A DNA stretch of 124,000 nucleotides, taken from assembly GCF_000737315.1 (NCBI RefSeq), contig NZ_JMCB01000003.1, forward strand, positions 20,001-144,000, in the 5' to 3' direction. The DNA is from Hyalangium minutum. Lineage in GTDB: Bacteria > Myxococcota > Myxococcia > Myxococcales > Myxococcaceae. The notes beneath the pieces are model-generated. The model saw nothing but the letters and a program-made list of their open reading frames with translations. It ran no database searches and was not told the origin of the DNA. This document shows, in pieces, positions 92,840-104,008 of the stretch (positions within the stretch are counted from its first letter, which is position 1; every line of letters begins with the position of its first letter). A program made the position numbers and the translations under genes.

Positions 92840-92896
92840 GGCTCTGCCTTTCTGAAGGAGGTGACGGGGGCTGAAGCACCCCGCAGTTTGCCACTG

Positions 92897-93808
92897 TTAC
92901 AGGGAGGAAGTGAGCGACAGCAGCTCTGTGCGCAGCCACTGGTTGCGCGGCTCTGAATCCGATTGCCGGTGCCAATAGAGGTGCAGCTCCAGCGGCGGGA
93001 GCGACAGCGGCATTGGCAGGAGGTGGTTGCCCAGCAGGGCGTGCAGCTCCTCCGCGCGGCGCCGCGGCATGGTGAGGAGGAACTTGGAGCCAGCGACCAT
93101 CTGGAACGCCGCCTCGTAGTGCTGGCATCGCACGGTGACGTCGCGCTGGTAGCCCAGGCGGGAGAGGACCAAATCCTCCACGGCCAGCCCCGTGCGCCGA
93201 GAGGACACGGTGACATGCCGCGAAGCCATGTACGCCGCCACGTCCAGCCTGCGCCGGCGTCGGCTCACCACGCAGAAGGTGTCCCGCAGCAGGGTGGTGT
93301 GCCGCAGGTCGGCGCCCGTCTGCTGCTCCACGTCGATGGACAGGTCCACCCGCCCCGAGGCCAGATCCCGCTCCAGCCGAGGCCTATCCAGCCGGACGCT
93401 CGTCACCCTCGCTCCAGGAGCGCTCTGGCGCAGGCGCGCCACCAGGTGCGGGAGGATGGAGGGCTCGAGCACGTCGTTCATGGCTACGGTGAAGGTGCCC
93501 AGGTCGCGGGGAGGATCGAAGCTCCGCGTGCGGTGGATCGCCCGGTCGAACAGCGCGAGGGCCTCGCGAAGCTCCGGCGCCAGCCGCTCCGCGAACGGCG
93601 TGGGTGCCACGCCTCGGCCCTCCCGGACGAAGAGCGGCTCTCCCAGCTGATCCCGAAGCCGGGCGAGTGCATGGCTCACCGCCGATTGGCTGAGGAAGAG
93701 CACCTCCGCGGCCCGCGTGAGGTTCCGCTCCCGGAGGACCACGTCAAAGACGCGGAAGAGGTTGAGGTCCAGCCTCGCCAGCCGGGAAGAGTCATGAACA
93801 GACTTCAT
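92897..93808 (-). CDS. LysR family regulator
   Basis: LDLNLF..NLTRAA..LSQSAVSHAL.RLR. Confidence 0.92.
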   Translation of the reverse strand: MKSVHDSSRLARLDLNLFRVFDVVLRERNLTRAAEVLFLSQSAVSHALARLRDQLGEPLFVREGRGVAPTPFAERLAPELREALALFDRAIHRTRSFDPPRDLGTFTVAMNDVLEPSILPHLVARLRQSAPGARVTSVRLDRPRLERDLASGRVDLSIDVEQQTGADLRHTTLLRDTFCVVSRRRRRLDVAAYMASRHVTVSSRRTGLAVEDLVLSRLGYQRDVTVRCQHYEAAFQMVAGSKFLLTMPRRRAEELHALLGNHLLPMPLSLPPLELHLYWHRQSDSEPRNQWLRTELLSLTSSL

Positions 93809-93886
93809 GGGAACACATGACCAACCTTCACTGGATTCATCAAGGCCGAACGCGGAGGATGCAGGCCTTCCAGAAGGAGACTTGCG

Positions 93887-95122
93887 ATGGACTTCGAGCC
93901 GAGCGCCCGAACCAAGGACTACCTGGAGCGCCTCCGGCGCTTCATGCGCGAGCACATCGAGCCGGCCGAGGCCCGCTACCGGGATGAGGTCCACGCCACC
94001 TGCCAGGCGGGTGACTGGAAGACGTGGAAGGTTCCGGCGGTGATGGACGAGCTGAAGGCTCGCGCGAAGGCCGAGGGCCTGTGGAACCTGTTCCTGCCCG
94101 ATGAGAAGCTGGGCGCGGGCCTGAGCACCCTGGAGTACGCGCCGCTGGCCGAGGAGACGGGGCGCAGCTTCATCGCCCCCGAGGTCTTCAACTGCAGCGC
94201 TCCGGACACCGGCAACATGGAGGTGCTCTGGAAGTACGGCTCCGAGGAGCAGAAGGAGCGCTGGCTCAAGCCGTTGCTGGCCGGGGAGATCCGCTCGGTG
94301 TTCTGCATGACGGAGCCGGACGTGGCGTCCTCGGATGCCACGAACATGCAGGCCACGGCCGTCGTGGAGGGCAACGAGATCGTCCTCAATGGCAGCAAGT
94401 GGTGGTCGAGCGGCCTGGGCCACCCGAGGGCGAAGGTCATCATCTTCATGGCGCGCACGCCCAACGAGCAGGGCGGCCGCCACAATCAGCACTCCATGGT
94501 GCTGGTCCCCATGGACACCCCGGGCGTGACGATCCGCCGCATGCTGCCCGTCTACGGCGAGTACGACGCGCCCCATGGACACGGAGAGGTGCACTTCAAG
94601 GACGTGCGCGTGCCCGTTTCCCACTTCATCGCCGGACCGGGGCAGGGTTTCGAGATTGCCCAAGGCCGTCTGGGACCCGGCCGCATCCACCACTGCATGC
94701 GCTGCATCGGCGCGGCGGAGCGGGCGCTGGAGCTGATGATCGATCGGGGCATGGCGCGCACTGCTTTCGGCAAGCCGCTGCTCAACCTGGGTGGCAACCG
94801 CGAGCGCGTCGCTGAGGCCCGGGTCGCCATCGATCAGGCGCGGCTGCTGACGTTCTTCGCGGCGTGGAAGATGGACGAGGTGGGTGCCCTGGGAGCCATG
94901 ACGGAGATCTCCGCCATCAAGGTCGTGGCGCCCAACGTGCTCCAGCAGGTGGTGGACGACGCCATCCAGATCCACGGGGGCGCGGGCGTGTCCCAGGACA
95001 CGGTGCTCGCGGGCTTCTTCGCCCAGGCGCGCATCCTGCGCATCGCGGACGGTCCGGACGAGGTCCACAAGGGCGTCATCGCGCGTCTCGAACTGGCCAA
95101 GCGCGGCCATTCCCGGAGCTGA
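93887..95122 (+). CDS. Acyl-CoA dehydrogenase
   Basis: [38 protein letters not shown]. Confidence 0.93.
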   Translation: MDFEPSARTKDYLERLRRFMREHIEPAEARYRDEVHATCQAGDWKTWKVPAVMDELKARAKAEGLWNLFLPDEKLGAGLSTLEYAPLAEETGRSFIAPEVFNCSAPDTGNMEVLWKYGSEEQKERWLKPLLAGEIRSVFCMTEPDVASSDATNMQATAVVEGNEIVLNGSKWWSSGLGHPRAKVIIFMARTPNEQGGRHNQHSMVLVPMDTPGVTIRRMLPVYGEYDAPHGHGEVHFKDVRVPVSHFIAGPGQGFEIAQGRLGPGRIHHCMRCIGAAERALELMIDRGMARTAFGKPLLNLGGNRERVAEARVAIDQARLLTFFAAWKMDEVGALGAMTEISAIKVVAPNVLQQVVDDAIQIHGGAGVSQDTVLAGFFAQARILRIADGPDEVHKGVIARLELAKRGHSRS

Positions 95123-95125
95123 GCC

Positions 95126-95941
95126 ATGGCCAACCAACGCATCTTCATCACCGGTGGTGCCAGCGGGCTCGGGAAGGCCATCGCCCAGCGCTTCGCCCGC
95201 GCGGGGTGGAAGGTCTGCATCGCGGACCTCAACGAAGCCCGGGGCGCGGAGGTGCTGTCCTCCTTGGGCCCGGACGCGCACTTCCTGCGCTGCGATGTGA
95301 CGCGCGACGAGGACCTGATCGCAGCAGCGGAGACGCTCCAGCAGCGCTGGGGCGGCGTGGACGTGGTGGTGAACAACGCCGGGGTGGCCCAGGCGGGCGC
95401 CATCGAGGACGTGTCGATCGATGACTGGCGCTGGATCATCGACATCAACCTGCTGGGCGTGGTGCGAGGCTGCAAGGTGTTCACGCCCCTGTTCAAGCGG
95501 CAGGGCCACGGGCACTTCGTCAACGTCTCCTCCATGGCGGGCCTGCTCGATGCGCCGATGATGAGCAGCTACAACGCCACGAAGGCCGCTGTCGTCTCCC
95601 TGTCGGAGACGCTGCACAACGAGCTGGCGGACGCGAACATCGGCGTCAGCGTCGTCTGCCCGGCCTTCTTCAAGACCAACCTGACCGAGTCGCTGCGCAC
95701 TCCGGATCCGCGGCTGAAGGTCACCATGGCGAAGCTGCTGGATCGCTCGCCCATCACCGCGGATGACGTCGCCAATGATGTCTTCCGCGCCGTGGAGCGG
95801 AGGCAGTTCTACGTCCTGTCTCACGCGCAGGGCCGCAGGGCGTGGCTGATGAAGCGCTTCCTCCCGAGAGAGATCTACGCCCGGTTGTTGCGCAAGAGCA
95901 CCGCCCGGATGCGCCCGCGCCCCGACCCCACACAGACTTGA
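95126..95941 (+). CDS. Short-chain dehydrogenase/reductase
   Basis: TGGASGLG, NNAG, YNATK. Confidence 0.93.
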   Translation: MANQRIFITGGASGLGKAIAQRFARAGWKVCIADLNEARGAEVLSSLGPDAHFLRCDVTRDEDLIAAAETLQQRWGGVDVVVNNAGVAQAGAIEDVSIDDWRWIIDINLLGVVRGCKVFTPLFKRQGHGHFVNVSSMAGLLDAPMMSSYNATKAAVVSLSETLHNELADANIGVSVVCPAFFKTNLTESLRTPDPRLKVTMAKLLDRSPITADDVANDVFRAVERRQFYVLSHAQGRRAWLMKRFLPREIYARLLRKSTARMRPRPDPTQT

Positions 95942-95958
95942 GGAGAGATCGCGACGCC

Positions 95959-97035
95959 ATGCCTTCCACCTCGCCCACTGACTCGGCCGGAGCCGTCCGC
96001 CCGGGAGAAGAACTGAACGTCCCCGCCGTGGATGCCTGGCTCAAGACCCAGGTGCCCACGCTGGAGGGCACGCCTGAAGTCACCCAGTACTCGGGAGGTG
96101 CCTCGAACTGGACCTACCGGCTCAAGTACGCCAACCGCGATCTCATCCTTCGCCGGCCCCCGGCGGGGACGAAGGCCAAGTCCGCGCACGACATGGCCCG
96201 CGAGTACTCGGTGCAGAAGGCCCTGAAGCCTGCCTATCCGGCCGTGCCCACCATGATCGGCCTGTGTCAGGACCCGGCGGTGCTGGGCTCGGACTTCTAC
96301 GTGATGGAGCGCATCGAGGGCCTCATCCCTCGCAAGCACCTGCCTCGGGGGCTCACCCTGGACCAGCCGCAGACGCGGCAGCTCTGTCTCAACGTCATCG
96401 ACAAGCTGGTGGAACTGCACTCCGTGGACGCGGCGGCCGTGGGGCTGTCGTCGCTGGGCAAGGGGCCCGGCTATCCGAAGCGGCAGATCGAGGGCTGGTC
96501 GGACCGCTACGAGAAGGCTCACACCTGGAATGTGCTCGGCTTCCAGTATGTGCGCGATTGGCTCAAGGCCAACACCCCCGACGATGTCGCCACCTGCGTC
96601 ATCCACAACGACTGGCGCTTCGACAACGTGGTGCTCGATCCAGGAGAGCCCATCCGAGTCATCGGCGTGCTCGACTGGGAGATGGCCACGCTGGGAGATC
96701 CGCTGATGGATCTGGGCAATGCGCTGGCCTACTGGGTCCACGCCGACGATAACTTCTTTTTGCGAGCCACGCGGCGCCAGCCCACGCACCTGCCTGGCAT
96801 GCTCCGGCGCGAGGAGGTGGTCGAGTACTACCTCGATCGCATGAAGCTGAAGCCGGCCAACTGGACCTTCTATGAGGTCTACGGCCTGTTCCGGCTCGCC
96901 GTCATCGCCCAGCAGATCTACTACCGCTACCACCACAAGCAGACGCGCAACCCCGCGTTCAAGAACTTCTGGGTGCTGGTCAACTACCTCGGGCTGCGCT
97001 GCAACCGGCTCATCCGGAAGAAGGGGGCACGCTGA
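95959..97035 (+). CDS. APH/ACAD10-like phosphotransferase
   Basis: GGASN, HDMARE, HNDWRFDN, LDWE. Confidence 0.9.
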   Translation: MPSTSPTDSAGAVRPGEELNVPAVDAWLKTQVPTLEGTPEVTQYSGGASNWTYRLKYANRDLILRRPPAGTKAKSAHDMAREYSVQKALKPAYPAVPTMIGLCQDPAVLGSDFYVMERIEGLIPRKHLPRGLTLDQPQTRQLCLNVIDKLVELHSVDAAAVGLSSLGKGPGYPKRQIEGWSDRYEKAHTWNVLGFQYVRDWLKANTPDDVATCVIHNDWRFDNVVLDPGEPIRVIGVLDWEMATLGDPLMDLGNALAYWVHADDNFFLRATRRQPTHLPGMLRREEVVEYYLDRMKLKPANWTFYEVYGLFRLAVIAQQIYYRYHHKQTRNPAFKNFWVLVNYLGLRCNRLIRKKGAR

Positions 97036-97727
97036 TGGGCGTCGTATACTTGGTTCGCCATGGACAGGCCTCGTTCGGGGCCGCGGACTACGATCAGCTC
97101 TCGGAGATGGGGGTGGCGCAGGCGAAGGTGCTCGGGGAGGCGCTGCGCGCGCGGCTCCCGTGTGTGGATGCGGTGGTCACCGGAGGAATGGCGCGACACT
97201 GGCAGACGGCGGATGCGTGCCTGAAGGCGCTCGGGGTGGCGGTGCCTCACAAGCGCATGGTGGACTTCAACGAGTACGACCACGAGGAGATCGTCGTCCG
97301 CCACATCCCGCGCTACGCGGACAAGAGCCTGATGATGCAGGACCTGGCTGAGACGCCAGACCCTCGCCGGGCCTTCCAGGAAGTGTTCACGCAGGCCGTC
97401 GCCCGCTGGGTCGAGGGCCGGCACGAGGCCGACTACACCGAGACCTGGGCCGCTTTCCGGGAGCGCAGCCTCCGCGCGTTGACGGAGCTCATCCAGGAGC
97501 TGGGAGCTTCCAAGACCGCGTTGGTGTTCACCTCGGGGGGACCCATCACCGCCATCTGCCAGGACCTGCTGCGGATCCCCGACGAGCACGCCTTCCGCCT
97601 GAACTGGACGCTGGCCAACTGCGGCGTCACCAAGATCGTCTACAGCGAGCGCGGCCGGTACCTCTCCACGCTGAACGAGCACGGCTACTTCGAGGGTGCC
97701 CAGCGCGCGCTGCTAACGTACCGCTGA
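97035..97727 (+). CDS. Histidine phosphatase family protein
   Basis: LVRHGQ motif. Confidence 0.88.
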   Translation: MGVVYLVRHGQASFGAADYDQLSEMGVAQAKVLGEALRARLPCVDAVVTGGMARHWQTADACLKALGVAVPHKRMVDFNEYDHEEIVVRHIPRYADKSLMMQDLAETPDPRRAFQEVFTQAVARWVEGRHEADYTETWAAFRERSLRALTELIQELGASKTALVFTSGGPITAICQDLLRIPDEHAFRLNWTLANCGVTKIVYSERGRYLSTLNEHGYFEGAQRALLTYR

Positions 97728-97849
97728 GGCAGCGCGGCCCCCGTTACTCCGGGGGCGCGCTGAGCCCGGGGACTCCGGGCCCAGCACAAAACCTGGCCGC
97801 CAGGGCGTGAGGGTCCCGAAGAGAAGCCCTTCCTCACGCCCCAGCGGGC

Positions 97850-98551
97850 TCAGGCAGCGGAGGTCGAGGCATCCCCCACACCGTTGGCGCCCAGATCCGC
97901 GAGCATCTGCTCGCCCTCCAACTCGTCGATGGGGACGAAGGCCTCGCGGCCGGGGCGGTAGGCATGCACCTTTGCATTGCCAATGTCGAACCACCAGCCG
98001 TGCAGCCGCAGCGTGCCCGCGGCCATGCGCTCGCGCACCAGGGGGTACGAGCGCAGGTGGGCCAGCTGCTGCAGCACGTTGAGCTGGCTGAGCCTGTCCG
98101 CCGGCTCCAGGCCCTCACCCACGCGGCCGGCCTTCTCCAGGGACTGCAGGGCGCCGCGGCCCAGATCCAGCCAGTCGCAGAGGTTGGGGCACCGCGCGTC
98201 CGACATTCCCGCCAGCAGCGCCTTCATGGCGCCGCAGCTGGAGTGCCCGCACACCACCACGTCCGTCACCGGCAGGTGGAGCAGGGAGTACTCCACCGCG
98301 GCGGCCTCGGAGCGGTCGCCCATGGACTGGCCCGACGCATCCGAGGGCGCCACCATGTTGCCCACGTTGCGCATGACGAAGAGATCGCCCGGATCCGTGG
98401 ACACCAGGAGGTTGGGCACCACGCGGCTGTCAGCGCAGGTGATGAAGAGGCAGTCCGGAGTCTGGCCCTTGGCCAGGCGCGCGAAAGTGGAGCGGTAGGC
98501 GGGGAGGCTGTGACGCTGGAAATCCAGGAGACCGCGAATGAGCTTCTTCAT
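97850..98551 (-). CDS. Beta-carbonic anhydrase
   Basis: CADSR, RNVGN, HSSCG. Confidence 0.93.
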   Translation of the reverse strand: MKKLIRGLLDFQRHSLPAYRSTFARLAKGQTPDCLFITCADSRVVPNLLVSTDPGDLFVMRNVGNMVAPSDASGQSMGDRSEAAAVEYSLLHLPVTDVVVCGHSSCGAMKALLAGMSDARCPNLCDWLDLGRGALQSLEKAGRVGEGLEPADRLSQLNVLQQLAHLRSYPLVRERMAAGTLRLHGWWFDIGNAKVHAYRPGREAFVPIDELEGEQMLADLGANGVGDASTSAA

Positions 98552-100107
98552 CGTGCACCCTCGGCAGTGAGAGACGGGGAAGGGGAAGTGACAGGGGGAG
98601 GAACGGGGGAGGGAGTGGCTGCGCTGGTGCTCTTGCGCCGCCAGATGTCTTCGAGCGGCTCCATGTACACATGGCCGCCCGTCTTACGGTGCGTCTCGGA
98701 CCAGCTCTCGAGCGCCTCGTAACCGGAGTGGTCCAGCGTCTCCACGGCCAGATCCAACTCGACCTTGGCGCCCATGGGGACCTGGGCCAGCGCAGCGGAC
98801 AGCTTGGGCACGCCCACGAACGTGAGGGCTCCGCCCACGCGCACCTGGTGCACGTCACCTTCCTGCTTCACGTGCACCTGCACCTTGCCCAGCTGCCACA
98901 GCAGCCGGCCCACGGCCAGCGCCAGGCCCATGGCGATGCCCGCCAGCAGGTTGACGCCCACCACGCCGGCCACCGTCACCACGTACACGGACAGCTCGCC
99001 GCGGCGGCGCAGCTCCTGGATGTGGTGCGTGTTCACCAGCTTCACACCCACGAAGACGAGCAGGCCCGCCAGCACGGTGAGAGGCACCAGCTTCAGCAGC
99101 GCGGCCAGCATCGTGACGAAGAGCAGCATCCACACGCCGTGCAGCACGGCCGAGGTGCGCGTCTTGGCGCCCGCGGCGATGTTGGCCGCGCTGCGGACGA
99201 TGACGCCCGTGATGGGCAGGCCGCCCGCGAGGCCGGACACGGTGTTGGCCAGGCCCTGCGCGAACAGCTCCTTGTCCAGGTTGGCGCGCGGGCCCGTGTG
99301 CATCTTGTCCGTGGCCACCGCGCTCAGCAGGGACTCGGCGCTGGCCACCAGCGCCAGCGAGAGCGCCGCGACCACGAAGGCGCCCCACTGGTTCTGGGGC
99401 AGCTGGGGCAGCTGCAGGCTGCTGAAGAAGTCACCGGCCAGCTCCACGCGCTTCACGTTGGCGCCCCACAGCGCCGCCACCGCCGAAGCGCCCACCACCG
99501 CCACCAGCGGCCCGGGGATCTGCTTGAGCCGGCTCTTGGGCATCACCTGCCACAGCACCAGCAGGCCGATGGTGAGCAGGCCCAAGATCGTCGCGGGGCC
99601 GTGCAGATCCGCGATCTGCCCAGGCAGCTCCTTGATGTTCTGCCACGCGTTGGACTGGGGCGAGCCGCCCAGCACGATGTGCAGCTGGCCCAGAACGATC
99701 AGGATGCCGATGCCCGCCAGCATTCCGTGGATCACCGCCGGGGAGATGGCCAGCGCGGTGCGCGCCACCTTCAGGCTGCCCATCGCCATCTGCACCATGC
99801 CCGCAGCGGCCACCGCGGCACAGGTGACGGCGAAGCCCATCTCGTTGATGAAGCCGAACACCATCACCGCGAGGCCCGCAGCCGGGCCGCTCACCAGCAG
99901 GGGCGCGCCGCCGAGCAGGCCGACCACCAGCCCGCCGACCACGCCAGCGATGAGGCCGGACATGATGGGCGCGCCCGACGCCAGCGAGATGCCCATGCAC
100001 AGCGGTACGGCGACCAGGAAGACGACCAGGGAGGCCGGCACATCACTGGCCAGGACACTTCGGATCGAGCCGGCCGTACCGGCTCCCTCCACGCCAGACT
100101 TCGTCAC
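98548..100107 (-). CDS. SulP/SLC26 anion (probably bicarbonate) transporter
   Basis: FLVAVPLCMGI, SGPAAG, GLPITGVIVRS; ATGA overlap with the carbonic anhydrase gene. Confidence 0.92.
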   Translation of the reverse strand: MTKSGVEGAGTAGSIRSVLASDVPASLVVFLVAVPLCMGISLASGAPIMSGLIAGVVGGLVVGLLGGAPLLVSGPAAGLAVMVFGFINEMGFAVTCAAVAAAGMVQMAMGSLKVARTALAISPAVIHGMLAGIGILIVLGQLHIVLGGSPQSNAWQNIKELPGQIADLHGPATILGLLTIGLLVLWQVMPKSRLKQIPGPLVAVVGASAVAALWGANVKRVELAGDFFSSLQLPQLPQNQWGAFVVAALSLALVASAESLLSAVATDKMHTGPRANLDKELFAQGLANTVSGLAGGLPITGVIVRSAANIAAGAKTRTSAVLHGVWMLLFVTMLAALLKLVPLTVLAGLLVFVGVKLVNTHHIQELRRRGELSVYVVTVAGVVGVNLLAGIAMGLALAVGRLLWQLGKVQVHVKQEGDVHQVRVGGALTFVGVPKLSAALAQVPMGAKVELDLAVETLDHSGYEALESWSETHRKTGGHVYMEPLEDIWRRKSTSAATPSPVPPPVTSPSPSLTAEGAR

Positions 100108-100180
100108 GTTGAGTGCCTCCAGAAGAGCAAGGCGCCGCTCCCTCGGGGACAGGGGAACGGCGCGGTTTACGCTTCCTCAG

Positions 100181-100195
100181 GCAAAGCACGTGCCA
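100181..100195 (-). promoter_or_regulatory. Sigma-54 promoter of the SulP-CA operon
   Basis: Minus strand TGGCACGTGCTTTGC is a perfect consensus match. Confidence 0.75.
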
Positions 100196-100254
100196 GGGGT
100201 TAACCCATTGACTTCACTTGGAGAATTTCGGTGAATGAAAGAACAGATTAAAGA

Positions 100255-100287
100255 ATTTTAAAGTGCCGCTCATCGCGGGTTTAAAAT
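100255..100287. promoter_or_regulatory. Inverted repeat, candidate enhancer/IHF-type site
   Basis: ATTTTAAA-N17-TTTAAAAT in an AT-rich patch upstream of the sigma-54 promoter. Confidence 0.4.
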
Positions 100288-100349
100288 CCTTGAACTCCGG
100301 AGAGACCTGCCAGGCAGGCGGGCGGTCGCAGGGCGGATGACGCGCTGGG

Positions 100350-101689
<1,340 letters not shown>

Positions 101690-101693
<4 letters not shown>

Positions 101694-103372
101694 GCGGCGC
101701 TCTCCAAGGGTAGCCGAAGGCTGAAGCGGCTGCCCTCGGGCAGACGAGTATAGGTGAGGCTGCCGCCGTGAGCCTCCACGGCGGTTCGCGCCATGGGCAG
101801 CCCCAGGCCAATGCCCTTGGCGCGCGCGGTGGCGAAGGGCTCCCACAGGCGCGGCTCCAGCTTCGGATCCACACCGCCCGCGTTGTCCTCCACCAGCAGG
101901 ACGGCCTCGGCGCCCTCGCGAGCGAGGCTCACCTGCACCCAGGGGGCGGGACGCAGGCCCGTGTCCCGGGCCACCGCACCGGCCTCTACCGCGTTGCGTA
102001 AAAGGTTGTCGATGGCGGCCACCAGCAGGGCCGGATCCACGTGCACGGTGAGGCCCTCCGCCATCGTTACGCCGATGCGGACGTCCTCGGCCTCGGGCAG
102101 CAGGCGCAAGGACTGCAAGGCTTCATCCACCAGCAGTCTCAGATCGCAGGGCCGGCGCAGCATGGGCCGAGGCTCGCCGAAGGACAGCAGCGAGCGCGCC
102201 AGGTGGCCCAGCCGCTGCACCTGGGCGCGCAAGGCCGGCAGGGCCACCTCGCCGCTGGAGGAGGCGGGCCGCAGCAGCGAGAGGGCGGCCTGGATGCCAT
102301 TGAGGGCGTTCTTCACCTCGTGGGCGATGAGCTGGCTGGCGGAGCCCAGCGCGGCCATTGTCTCCTGGTGCCGGAGCCGCTCTTCCGCCCGGAGCAGTGA
102401 GCGGTACGAGCGCCGCAGCAGGAAGACGAAGACGATCAGGGTGCTGATCAGCAAGGCGCTGTGCAAGATGAGCTGGCTGAGGAAGCGGTACCTCAGGGGC
102501 GCGACGTTGTGCTCCTCGTTCTCCAGCACGGCCAGCAGCATGCCGCTCACGCCCGCGGGCACGGGCACGGGGGCCGCCGCGCCCAGCATGGCGGTGTCTG
102601 CCAAGGTGATGCGCCCGGGCGCGTGCACCAGGGCGATCAGGTCCGAGGCGAGCTGGGTGGTCCACCGGAGGTTCTGCGGGGGCATGGGCAGCAGGAGCTT
102701 TCCGTTCAGGCTCACCAGCAGCGTGAGATCCGTGCCCTTCGCGCTGACGCCCGGGAGCGGCTTCGCTCCGGCGCGAAGCTCACCCACGAGCATGCCCACC
102801 ACCTGCCGTCCGCCGCGCACCACGGGCACCGCCACCACCAGAGGCCCGTCCTCTCGCTCCAGCAGGTTGATGTCCGAGACCCCCTCCCTCTGCACGCGGC
102901 GGAACCAGGGGCGGGTGGTCACGGGAGATTCGCCCAGCGCCATCGCGGGGGGATCGCTCCACACGCGGCGTCCCGAGGCGCTCAGGAGGACGACGCCCTC
103001 GGAGAAGAGGTGGGTGTGGTGCAGGGCGTTGTCCAGCACGGTGACCTCGGGGCCTGCGGGACCATCCTCGAGGATGAGCTTGGGGTGCTGGGCCAGCCGT
103101 TGGAGCTCGGCCTCGAGCAGCTGGAGGTGCACGCCCAGGGCCTCGGCCTGCACCTGGGCCTGGACGGACAAGTGGGCAAGCGCCTCTTCGCGAGCGTTCT
103201 CCAGCTCCTCCCGGTAGGCGAGCAAGGGGCTGGTCAGCGCCACCAGGCCGAGCAGTGCCAGGCCGAACAGGGCCGAGCGGCCCGCACGCCGCTGCGTCCG
103301 GGCGAAGTCCTGGAGGGCCGGCGCGGAGGGAGGCCCCGGAAGGGAAGGGGGCTGGGGGACGGAGGGCTTCAT
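101690..103372 (-). CDS. Sensor histidine kinase (Cache-like periplasmic domain)
   Basis: 2 TM; IAHEVKNAL; NLLRNA; GIGLGL. Confidence 0.88.
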
Positions 103373-103525
103373 GGGGCAGAGGGAGAGGCCAGGCGTGGCC
103401 TCAGGGCTTGAAGTGCCTGGGGCAGAGTTCCTCGGGTGGGGCAAGCTGCCTCGTGTGGCTGCCCGCGAGTGCATCGCCTCAGCTCTGAAGCGGCGCTGGC
103501 ATGTCCTGTGCTCATGAGTGCCGGC

Positions 103526-103987
103526 ATGTTACGGCAATGGAGTGCGAAGCCATCGCTGAAGTTCACCTCGTCGCACAAGGAGCCAGAAGAGGGGCTTGAG
103601 CCTCCCTTGCGGATCCTGGTGGCCGATGACCAGCCTGAGATGCGCAGACTCATTCGGGGTGCGCTCGTTCGGGACGGGTACGAGGTGGTCGAGGTGGCGA
103701 ACGGCCCTGCCCTCATCCACGCGCTCATCTCCGGGCTGCTGGAGGAGCAGACCCGCGCGCCCGACCTCATCATTACAGACGTCCGGATGCCGGGCATGAC
103801 AGGACTGGAGGTGCTGGCCCGCCTCCGCCGGGAGGCCTGGTCCATTCCCTTCATCCTCATCACCGCCTTTGGGGATGAAGCGCTGCACAGGGAGGCGGAG
103901 CGCTTGGGGGCTGCACGTGTCCTCGACAAGCCATTCGAGCTGGCGGAGCTACGGGCCGCCGTGCGCAGGGTCCTCAAGCCTCACTGA
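103526..103987 (+). CDS. Single-domain response regulator (start uncertain; TTG at 103607 possible)
   Basis: ILVADD, PDLIITDVRMPG, ITAF, KPF. Confidence 0.85.
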   Translation: MLRQWSAKPSLKFTSSHKEPEEGLEPPLRILVADDQPEMRRLIRGALVRDGYEVVEVANGPALIHALISGLLEEQTRAPDLIITDVRMPGMTGLEVLARLRREAWSIPFILITAFGDEALHREAERLGAARVLDKPFELAELRAAVRRVLKPH

Positions 103988-104008
103988 AGCCTGGCCAGGA
104001 GGTGTCCC

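Noticed and set aside
93887-97727. ACAD-SDR-APH-phosphatase operon as part of the R-body system
   Set aside because: A common ACAD10/11-like module, transcribed divergently under its own LysR
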